Positions 1-9,611 of a DNA stretch of 64,000 nucleotides are shown piece by piece. The translations under genes and the position numbers were made by a program. Numbering within the stretch: the stretch's first letter is position 1; the number at the start of each line of letters is the position of its first letter. Under the pieces are notes generated by a model. It made no database searches. It was given only the letters and a program-made list of their open reading frames with translations, and was not told the origin of the DNA. Source of the DNA: Eledone cirrhosa (taxonomy: Eukaryota); the NCBI GenBank assembly GCA_964016885.1, contig OZ024740.1, positions 412,796,001 to 412,860,000 on the forward strand, written 5' to 3'.

Positions 1-482
1 ATAGTTACGTCCCTTTACGGTCTGAGTTCAAATCCCGCCGAGGTTTACTTTGCCTTTCATCCTTACAGGGTCGATAAAATAAAGTACCTTGTGCCTAAAG
101 TAGAAACAATTATGATAGGACTGGCAGTATCGGTGGAGGGTCGGACGCCATGCTTTTCAGTTACGTCCCTTTACGGTCAGAGTTCAAATCCCGCCAAGGT
201 TAACTTTGCCTTTTACGGGGTCGATAAAATAAAGTACCAGTAGTGCACTGGGTAATTGCTGGCCTTGTGTCAAATGTAGAAAAACTTATTATATGATTGG
301 CAGTATTGATAGAGAGTCGGATGCCATGCTTTGCAGCATAGAGTTACGACCCTTTACAGTATGGGTTCAAATTCCACCGAGGTTAACTTTACCTTTCATC
401 CTTACGGGATCGATAAAATAAAGAACCAATAATACACTGGGATAATTGCTGGCCTTGTGCCAAAATTAGAAACAATTATTAT
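1..482 (+). mobile_element. Three tandem copies of a tRNA-derived SINE (first copy 5'-cut by window edge)
   Basis: Three units (~1-115, ~118-292, ~297-482), each with B-box GTTCAAATCC/TTCC, central CTTTGCCTTTCATCCTT..GGGTCGATAAAATAAAGTACC block and CCTTGTGCC..AGAAACAATTAT end; A-box-like TGGCAGTAT in copies 2-3. The central block resembles the Nin/Deu-type SINE domain from memory. Confidence 0.8.
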
Positions 483-916
483 AACTTTAACATAACTAAG
501 ACATCACTAAATAAGAGTATTAATTACAACATTGGGATAATGCCCTCATCCTTCACGATATGCTTCTTTTACCCAAATGTAAAGCCAACGAATGTCTCTG
601 ATTTCTGGTTTGTGAGAGAAATGAACTATGGTAGTAAAATATGCGTTTGGGTGATGTTCTACGTTAGGTTCTGTTTGTTTCTGGTGGACTACTATTAGTT
701 ACTAGAAGTGAGTAACATAGCTCTGAGTATGGTTATAGCGTTTCAATATACCCCAGCGATACCTACTTAGAACAAAATCGAGTCAGCAAGAACACCTGTA
801 TGTCGTCACCCGAATAGCAAGAAATAGAAGCTATATCCACATTAAATCACACCCAACTGATGTGAAAATTTGATGGTACTTTTAGACCTATTAATCATCA
901 GCGTCGTCCTGTATGT

Positions 917-2500
917 ACATGTACTTGTAATTGTGTCGACATTCACCCTGGACGGGTTGATCCGGCTTCTTCCCTTGTTCTGACGGCATTCCGAACCATG
1001 GCAGCCCACGCACGACGGTCCCGGGCTAGGTTACTGGAGTTAGCGAGCCAGTCACGATTCCATCGGCGCAGGCCGACCACCTGCGGACCTGAGAGTTCGG
1101 AGAGGTCCTCCTTGATTGTCGTTGCCCAGGTATTCAGCCGTCCGCCAATGCGCTTGCACCAATTAGGGAGTGGAGGTGGGAGGAGAACATCGCGGATCAG
1201 CTCACCCTCAGGGCGCCGGGTTGCGTGATCAAACCATCTCAAGCGCCGTTGCAGAAGCACTGAAGGAAGGGGTCGAATATTCAGGCGAAGACAAAGACTG
1301 GTGGTAGGTACTCGATCAACGTGTCGGCAGCGAAAATGCGGCGGATGCAGTCATTGTCAAAGAACTCCAGCCCTCGTTGATCGACTACCCTCATAGGCCA
1401 TGTTTCACAGCCATAAAGGAGGATAGTGAGAACGATGGCCTGGTAGATTCACCATTTGGTCGCCGAGGTGATCTCTCCCCTGTCCTACAGACACCGCTGG
1501 AGGCGCTCAAAAGCGGATTTTTCAGCACCTATACGACGCTGACCTCGGCTGCACCCTGTCCCGTTGGTACCCCTATTGAGCCCAGGTAAACGAGACATAT
1601 TGGCTGCCAGGCATCAGGCGAGACCAGTGACGTCATTGATTCGTAGACCAACGGCGGCGGCTGCAGTGTGCACCCTTTCGAGAGCACCTCGTACATCTGT
1701 CCCGTTAGCGCCCATCAGCACGATGTCATCCGCATAGTCCAGGTCCGTCACCACGACTGCTCTCCCGACCTGCTGTGTTGAGAGTGTAGTCAATGGCGTA
1801 GTTAAAGAGAGTTGGCGATAGCGCACACCCCTGCCGAACATCGGACCCAACATCGAACGACTCCGTCTCCCCCACCATAGGCCCTCACTCGAGCGCAAGT
1901 CGACCGGTAGTAGCCTTGTATGAGACGAAGCAGCTTCACTGGGGCGCCGTCCGCCTGCATTATACGCCAGAAGCCTTCCCGATCTACCGAATCGAAAGCA
2001 GCTGCAAAGTCGATGAAGCAGAGGACGGTAGGCTGTTGATATGCCCACCGTTGTTCCAGGACACGCCGGAGATTGAAGGTTTGATAAACGCACCCCCTCC
2101 TCGGACGACGGAAGCCGCCCTGAGAAGGACGGGTGGACATCACGGATGGCCTGGAATCTCTTCAGCAGAATAATTGCGAAGGTTTGGGCAGCAACGTCAG
2201 TTAAACTGATACCCATGTAGTTGGAACACAGTTTCCTATCGCCTTTTTTGAAGAAGAGTAGTAGAGTTGCCTCGCTCCAGTCACCAGAGAACCGCTCCAT
2301 CGCCCACACTGAGGAGAAGTCTCGATTGAGCCAGGCTGCGAAAACATCAGGCTCGGCCTTGTAGACCTCAGCTGGAACGCCATATTTGCCCGGCACCTTG
2401 TTGTTCCGGAGATGTGTCAGGACACTACGTACTTCCTCGACCGTTGCAAGGGCAGTGCTGCACCCGTATTCTTCTCCGGAAGGCTGCACCCAGGTTGGCG
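917..2500 (-). mobile_element. 5'-truncated, frameshifted RTE-clade LINE (RT and C-terminus)
   Basis: Minus ORFs contain LRNNKVPGKYGVPAE, KKGDRKLCSNYMGISL, FIDFAAAFDSVDRE, LDYADDIVL, RLRWFDHATRR and LARDRRAW; degenerate ACAAGT-type tail after the stop at 943. Confidence 0.85.
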
Positions 2501-3372
2501 TCATGTATGGTATGGTTTTGATCAATGATCAGAACTGTTCAGGATACTACTAATAATTCAGACCTTGGGTGGTATACCTTAATTGTAATTTGAACGTATA
2601 ACCTAGCTATTGATTACTTTCAGAAAACTTGCGAACTTAGATTACATATTAATTTCCATCGACGACAATACAATCAACTTGTTTTTATATTACAATTTTC
2701 CTTAAGATTTGACAAAGTTTATTTGTATTTTGCATAAGTTTGAAATTAGAATAAAATGATTGAATGAAATGTTATATCAATACCAATATAGAACCGAATA
2801 CTGTTTCATTGTAAATGGAGTGAATTGATATGATGTATCATTAATCACACCGACGTCACACCGTTATCCAAGATATTAAAGAATAAACTTGAAATCGCAA
2901 ATAGCATTGGTCAAATAAACAAAGTTCTCCAAGAGTAGAAACAAACAAATTGGAACAAGCGAAAGCAAGGCCATAATAAAGAACATAGCCCTTTTCAGTA
3001 TATCTTAAGGTCCAGGTTAAATGATAATGAAAGTGAGGATTATCTAAAACTGTTATATCTGTAAGTGCCCTTAGCCCCAGTCTACGTGCGAACAATCTAG
3101 GACTGTTTCACCCATTATTTTTATTCAAAAATTTCATATATGTATATATACATGAGTAGGATTGTTTGTGTGCCAGCATAAAGCGTCTAGCCGGTACCTG
3201 AAAGATATATGGTTCAAGTCCTGATAGCGGCCGATGGCAACTTCTTTTTGCGTCTATTTTATAAGCTACATTGATAGCATTCTGTACTTCAGTATTTACT
3301 TCATCCTTATGTATATACATATATTCTGAATGCTTTAAAAGTCGAATAAATATATATACATATATACTTATA

Positions 3373-3561
3373 TAAGTAGTTCCACAACAGCTAGTTCACC
3401 ATTACTGAGAAGAATTGTCACACTATTCAGATCATCTGAATAGTGTGACAATTCTTACCGAGGTGAACTAACTGTTCTAACTATTGTGGAACTACTTCTA
3501 CCAAACTCGTCCCATGGACTGAGTGATCTTCTACTACGGATATAACCCATCAGTGTTCTAC

Positions 3562-3565
<4 letters not shown>
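3373..3565 (+). repeat. Fold-back mini-element (arms ~3373-3431 and ~3433-3497) plus ~65-bp unique tail, between TA tracts
   Basis: AAGAATTGTCACACTATTCAGAT-C-ATCTGAATAGTGTGACAATTCTT palindrome, with outer AAGTAGTTCCACAA/TTGTGGAACTACTT arms. Confidence 0.85.
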
Positions 3566-3602
<37 letters not shown>

Positions 3603-3604
<2 letters not shown>

Positions 3605-4200
3605 GGGTAACAAATAATAGTTATATGCTTAGGTGTAGTCCAGTTATGGTATTCCGGGTAGTGGATGATATCAACGCTTGGCTAAATTTGACTCAACAAG
3701 GCGTTTTCATAGTGATGCTGCGAGTACGCTGTAATTCCTATGTTGTAAACACTTGGTGTAATAATAAATCAGGAAAGAAGATTGACACGGTCTGCTATAC
3801 AAAAAAGGTTCCCAATCTCACTGCTGACAATTGCTTCCCCGAACTGGCAGGTCCAGAGATCGCCATCCGCTTGCTCTCACGCTACTCGATCGCCAATACA
3901 AAATTATAACCAGTCAGCTCCTCGGAGCAGTAATATCTGACGTGCGAGCATTGCTTTGCAAGCGGGACAGGACCCCTTCGTGCAATATCAATCGGAAGCT
4001 TTTGATTCCAAGAATTATATCCAGAACTGTTTTCTGACATCTTGTTGGAGTGCGTGACTAGCCTCGTTTTGTATTGGCGATCGAGTAGCGTGAGAGCAAG
4101 CGGATGGCAATCTCTGGACCTACAAGTTCGAGGAAGCAATTGTCAGCAGTGAGATTGGGAACCTTTTTTGTATAGCAGACCGTGTCAAACTTCTTTCCTG

Positions 4201-4208
<8 letters not shown>
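3603..4208 (-). mobile_element. Fold-back mini-element with ~143-bp inverted arms, ~160-bp tail and a degenerate hammerhead; Penelope-type terminus
   Basis: Arms ~3761-3903 and ~4066-4208 are reverse complements; (TA)n on both sides; hammerhead-like fold at 3818-3933 on the minus strand. Confidence 0.7.
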
Positions 4209-4233
<25 letters not shown>

Positions 4234-4430
4234 CCGTTGAGGTATGTCATACATCAATTCATGTATTTCATCTGAGGGGGACGTACTGAAAATAGCAGCA
4301 CACTACCTTCGAAATATATATCATAAAACATATATTTTGTTTATGTGAATGTCTTCATTCATGGTTTTAATCTATTGTAAAACTATATTCATTGAATAAT
4401 CAATGAACCATATTAATCATTGGTTATACA
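4234..4430 (+). mobile_element. Short hammerhead-bearing insert, same family as 8180-8503
   Basis: CTGAGGG-GGACGTACTG..TACCTTC-GAAATATATATC and downstream AATCTATTGTAAAACTA..TGAACC both match the minus strand of 8180-8385. Confidence 0.6.
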
Positions 4431-4438
4431 TACATATA

Positions 4439-4510
<72 letters not shown>

Positions 4511-4515
<5 letters not shown>

Positions 4516-5171
4516 AATGTGAAAACATAAAAATAGAGAATTAATGTAAGCAAAAAGCCGACAATAATTCAGACATATAAGTGACTATTCCATCAAGATG
4601 AACAATTTTTAACGTAAGATATGGGATAAATAATTCAATCTTAATTCAAAACAAGTCAAGAAGAAAAGTTTTATCCTCAGACTTTGTGTAAGCTGGGGGA
4701 AAAAACCAATACAATCTTAACTCAAAATAAAATCAACAAGAAATACTTAAACATCAATTTGGGGAAATCTGCAAATGCACTATATAGTCTAAAAACACTA
4801 TTTCACGAAACTTTTCAGTGGGGCTAGTCGCGTTTGTAATCGTTCATCAGTAGTGTTCAAAACGTTAACTAAAATCACTGCTAAGATGCCAGAGGGGAAT
4901 TTAAAAGCAGGCAAGTGAACAGCGTGTTGAATTGAAATAACAAAACACACGTGGACCCAGGTTAGTGATGCCACGATGAAACGAAAATCTGTTTACAAGA
5001 AACAGCAGTCAAGACATTCCGAAAAAACTCAACAGAAAATATGGAGTTCAGCATAAAGCAATTTTATCGCAGTTATTTTTATAAAAAACTGGGATTTGCC
5101 ACAAATATTAGTAAGCACTCAAGGAAAGCTCCGAGTTTAAATATATAAATGAAAATAGTGAAATTAATGTA

Positions 5172-5176
<5 letters not shown>
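4511..5176 (-). mobile_element. ~620-bp circularly permuted unit with hammerhead core (retrozyme-like)
   Basis: Short terminal direct repeat (AAAATAG..AATTAATGTAA.CAA at ~4530-4553 and ~5152-5176); CTGATGA..GAAA core at 4794-4856; TTGAGTGCT at 5114-5122; flanked by long (TA)n. Confidence 0.55.
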
Positions 5177-5250
<74 letters not shown>

Positions 5251-5516
5251 TATACCATTATATACGAAACAAGAGAAGAAAAGAAAAGAAGAAAAGAAAT
5301 CCTTCATCAGCTGTAAAACCGAGACCAAGATGTTTCGGCGCTTAATACAGGACATCTATAAGCGATCAGCGGTGCGCCCAAAACCTTTTCTCAATCAAAA
5401 GGCCAGGAGGGAATGAAAAGAAAAAGGAAGGAAAAAGAAGAAAAAAAGAAGGGAAAATGGGAAAGGGCAACGCGATAACAGGAGCCCAGAGTTACCGTGT
5501 CAACTCAATCGAAGTG

Positions 5517-5548
<32 letters not shown>

Positions 5549-5736
5549 CGGAGCAACCGGGAGTGAGAGGGGGAAGGAAAAGGGAGATAGTCCAAAAGAT
5601 TTTCTTATAATTTTCGTTTCTTATAATTTTGTATTTACCACTGTGACCCTCCTCTACATATTTTGCTCAATTTGTGGTCCCACCACGCTTTCATATCGAC
5701 TCTCTCTTTCTCTCTCTTCCCGTTTTCCTCCTCTCT

Positions 5737-5742
<6 letters not shown>

Positions 5743-5791
<49 letters not shown>
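5743..5791. repeat. (CT)n microsatellite, with (GA)n at ~5526-5548
   Basis: Direct reading. Confidence 0.95.
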
Positions 5792-5793
<2 letters not shown>

Positions 5794-6047
5794 AGCATCC
5801 GTCATTTTCTATCGTTGAGGAAATACTTCACACATGTCGTAAAACTCCTCTATTTTTTTATCGTTTACGACAAATTTTACAATTGTCGTAAAATTATTTT
5901 GGATTATCTCCATTTCCTTTCACCCTCTCACTTCCGCTTGTTCCTCCCCCCCCCTCTATCTCTCCCTCTTGTTTCGTCCATACTACCATTTTAAACCTAA
6001 GAGAACATTAGTCTATTTTAAAGTAACCACACAGCTCCTTTCGTTTC

Positions 6048-6088
<41 letters not shown>

Positions 6089-6089
6089 A

Positions 6090-6773
6090 TAATAATAAAT
6101 TTGAAGACTAACATCCAGAGAGGGCTCAATAAGGATAAATATATATCAAATATATAAGAAACGTAGAGCAAATATTTATTAAAATAACATATTAAAGTTT
6201 AAGCAAAGAATCGCTGCTGTCACGCTTAACGTGATCTTCTGAAACTAACAAAGTCAATCTGTAAACGTATTTGAATGTGTGTATGCATTTATTTAATTTC
6301 TATTACCCCTGTATTGTATTTATTTACTTTATTCTTAACTCTCAAGCGGAGATTCATTCGGTTTTATAGTAAGAATTTAGTCTACAACTTCAGCTATACC
6401 ATTTACGTGGTTTTGTCTTTGCGTGCAATTGTTCTCCACGCGCTACATATGACGTATTATCTTCGTTTTTTCCGTTCATTGCCAGAGAACGTCTAAGAGA
6501 ACATTAGTCTACGACTTCTTTTATACCATAAACGTGGTTCTGTCTTTGCGCGCAATTGTTTTTCACGCTCCTATTAATGACGTATTATATTCGTTTTTTC
6601 CCGTTCTTTGCCAGTGAACGTTTCCACGAACCAAAGTATCGTCTTCCTGTCTTCCTCCGGTTGCAACGTTTTTTGAAACATCCACTTCTGCGATTACAGA
6701 TTGACTTTGTTAGTTTCAGAAGATCCCGTTAAGGGTGAAAGCAGTGATTCTTTGCTTAAACTTTAATCTGTTA

Positions 6774-6781
<8 letters not shown>
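6090..6781 (-). repeat. Fold-back mini-element: ~86-bp inverted arms, ~85-bp tail, internal ~125-bp direct repeat
   Basis: 6177-6262 is the reverse complement of 6694-6781; ~6372-6492 is repeated at ~6499-6621; TA tracts on both sides. Confidence 0.8.
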
Positions 6782-6806
<25 letters not shown>

Positions 6807-6811
<5 letters not shown>

Positions 6812-6988
6812 AACCAGTAAGAGCCCGACGGCTGAGCTCAAGCCGTTTCGACCGTTTCAACCATTGGTCGAAACGGCTTGAGCTCAGCCGTCGGGGTCTT
6901 ACTGGTTCCTATTACCCACTCTACTACCCCAAGTATTGAGTACTTTGGTGCGTTATGGTCCACCTGGTTCCTTACCACATTTACTTCG

Positions 6989-6990
<2 letters not shown>
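6807..6990 (+). mobile_element. Fold-back mini-element with hammerhead 3' half, same family as 13438-13625
   Basis: Arms 6807-6853 and 6866-6912; GAAA-CGGCT-TGAGCTC-AGCCG-TC; tail TACCCACTCTACTA..TTATGGTCCA..CTTCGTTA shared with 13438-13515 on the minus strand. Confidence 0.75.
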
Positions 6991-7028
<38 letters not shown>

Positions 7029-7479
7029 GAGAGTGTAATATAAATATATACGTGTCCCTAAATTTACGTGTATTTCTATATTTATGTTTACCTAACACCT
7101 TGATAACCCTTAATCCGTTTCTGGGAATAGTCAAGAGTTTACGTACCGACTACCCCTTGATAGCGTCTCTAATAATGCACTGGGCTACAACACACTCCTC
7201 AATGCATTAGCCCTTGAGATCGCCGAGGATCATGTTCCACATACATTAGGCGAATGAAAGAAAGGGACTCTTCTAAATATGACATTTTTGATAACTCTCT
7301 GGCATTAGGCTAAGCAGACGTGCATAGGCGTCTCTGAAACAGTGGCACTGTTACCACTGTTAAAGTCTTGATACGTCAGGTAGATTGAGATAATAAACAC
7401 TATAGTGGCTTTATTTCGTGCTCATAATTGACATTTATTCATTTTGTCAAGATACTCCTAATACCCTCTTTATTCTCTC

Positions 7480-8125
7480 TAGTTCCCCACTTACGACACG
7501 AAACATCTCCGTAACCGAGCCAATTGAGGGTAACATTTCTACCACGTTATGCGCACTGACATAGAACAGCTGGGTCATACCACGGACTCCACAGATCCTA
7601 AACCCTCTCCACCTAAAAGACCCGATCATCCCGGCCGATATCAGAGATAACGGTGCTCCTACGAGTTCTATTTTCTTGTCTACGTTCAAAAGGAATGTGA
7701 CAGCTGCCATTAGATCCTTTTCAGTTAGCGGCTGTGATTAGGTGAATAGCTTGCGATCTTGCCACCTTGGCAACCAAATTGTGTCAAACTACATCGAGAC
7801 CAAATTACGACTAATTCGATCACTTCTCTAACAAACAAGCTCCTTTTAGCCGATCCCCACTTCATGTCTGCGATAATTTCTCCTCTGACAATCTGACTAC
7901 GTTGAAAACAATGACGGTGTAATCCCACGTGGCAGTCTGATAATTGTTTCGGTGTCTCGGAGCCTAGATAGCACGTAATCATTCGTAGATGCATCATCCT
8001 TGTCGGATTAGGTTATAAATGCTGCTGCTAATCAGCTGCTCAATCGGCCAGATTTCGAGGCAACTACCAACATAACCTCACCACCTGGTAAAGTTGGACC
8101 TGGAAAATACCTTTTGGCATGAACA
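7480..8125 (+). pseudogene. Heavily decayed CRE-clade (RLE-type) non-LTR reverse transcriptase fragment
   Basis: Manual translation across stops and frameshifts gives, in order: IEGNISTTLCAL, LNPLHLKDP, VTAAIRSFSVSGCD*VNSLRSCHL, NLTTLK..DGVIP..AV**LFRCLGA, GLGYKCCC*SAA, LVKLDLENTF. These match CRE-type AIRSFPxGSAGGxDGLRPxHL, KKDGGIRPIAVG, GVGxxGGxEAA and KLDFxNAF. Confidence 0.65.
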
Positions 8126-8179
8126 TATCGTATAAATGTGTCAGATATATATATATATATTTATTTATTTATTTATTTA

Positions 8180-8503
8180 AAGGTTAAAACAAGGTTCAAT
8201 GAATAAATCAAAGAATTAGTTTTACAATAGATTGGAAGCACTCAATAGCAATGGTTCTCCGCAGTTATTAATATTAATTCAAAATATTAACAAAAATAGA
8301 ACTTCTTGTAATCAAGTATATTTTATTGTACATATTTCAGAGGTACTGAGCTAACTTCAACAGTACGTCCTCATCAGATAAAATAAGATGATGCATGACA
8401 TACTGTTGAAGTTAGCTCAGTACCTCTGAAATAATAATAAACAAATAATAATAAAATATACTTGATCACAAGAAGTTCTATTTTTGTTAATATTTTGAAT
8501 TGA
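8180..8503 (-). mobile_element. Fold-back mini-element with near-intact type I hammerhead
   Basis: Arms ~8276-8370 and ~8397-8501; minus strand TATTTTAT-CTGATGA-GGACGTACTG..CAGTACCTCT-GAAATATGTA-CAATAAAATA; TTGAGTGCT box at 8237-8245. Confidence 0.7.
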
Positions 8504-8513
8504 TATATATATT

Positions 8514-9193
8514 GGTCTGTTATTTTTCTCAATTTTTCTTAATTTAATATTTAAAGTTGAGGATAACAAACCATATTGCTGTAGTTAGTATTTTTTCACC
8601 CTAGCAAATTTGGTCCTTACGAATCGAACATATGTATGTGTATATTAGTGTTCATCTCTCTTGTTTATTTAATTGTATTGTACGGCTCGGAAAAGCTTTT
8701 TTCTTAGAGCTATTTAATTGTAAGAGACTACTCTGAGTTCTTAACTCAATATATATTTGTCGGCTCCATCATATAGAGCTAATTTTTATTGTCCTGTCAG
8801 CTAGGCTGCTATTTTTAGCGGCAGGAAATTTCGAGACAAGCTCGGTTCCGAATGACACGTGCGATAATTCATATCGTACACAATTCATTCTCTAACATTT
8901 TTAGAAGTGAAACGATCACTAATTTCGCAACAACTACTGAGGAGCAGAGAAACGTGAGAACTTCACTTAATAAGTTGTCGCGAAACAGTCTCCAATACTG
9001 TTTAGTTGTTACCAGGCGTTTTGCCCAATATAGGTCTGTTATTTTTCTTAATTTTTCTTAATTTAAGATTCAAAGTTGAGGATAACACACCATATTGCTG
9101 TAGTTAGTATTTTTTCACCCTAGCAAACTTGGTCCTTACGATTCGAACACATGTATGTTTATATTAGTGTTCATCTCTCTTGTTTATTCAATT
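8514..9193 (+). mobile_element. Retrozyme-like element: 1.3 copies of a 519-bp unit (161-bp terminal direct repeats) with one hammerhead
   Basis: 8514-8674 is repeated at 9033-9193; hammerhead at 8929-9010; TA tracts on both sides; no recognisable coding capacity. Confidence 0.75.
8929..9010 (+). ncRNA. Type I hammerhead ribozyme, predicted cleavage after GUU at 9002
   Basis: Stem I AACAACTA/TAGTTGTT (8 bp), core CTGAGGA, stem II closed by GC/GC, GAAA at 8982-8985, stem III ACAGT-CTCCAAT-ACTGT, N17=U. Confidence 0.85.
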
Positions 9194-9260
9194 ATATATA
9201 TATATATGTTTGTATGTATGTAAAAGGTAAACAGAAATAACAACAAATTCGGTACAGACA

Positions 9261-9262
<2 letters not shown>

Positions 9263-9353
<91 letters not shown>

Positions 9354-9369
9354 CAGAGAGAGAGAGAGA

Positions 9370-9451
<82 letters not shown>

Positions 9452-9452
9452 C

Positions 9453-9487
<35 letters not shown>
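9263..9487. repeat. Compound (TA)n(GA)n(TA)n(GA)n microsatellite
   Basis: Direct reading. Confidence 0.95.
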
Positions 9488-9611
9488 TGTATGGATAGTT
9501 AGATAGATATGCCTTAAAATCTCCCTTAAAAGTGACAACCTCGTTTAGCATTTGAATTCAAATTCAATGACGAATATATTAGAATCGTAGTTTGCCCATG
9601 TCTGTTAAGTA

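Noticed and set aside
2856-3095. 79-aa minus ORF as a host exon
   Set aside because: No recognisable domain and no convincing splice-site pair.
3170-3240. tRNA gene (GGTTCAAGTCC B-box)
   Set aside because: No cloverleaf could be built; at most a SINE-head relic.
5164-9551. ORFs rich in YI, SL or RE dipeptides
   Set aside because: Translations of (TA)n and (GA)n microsatellites.
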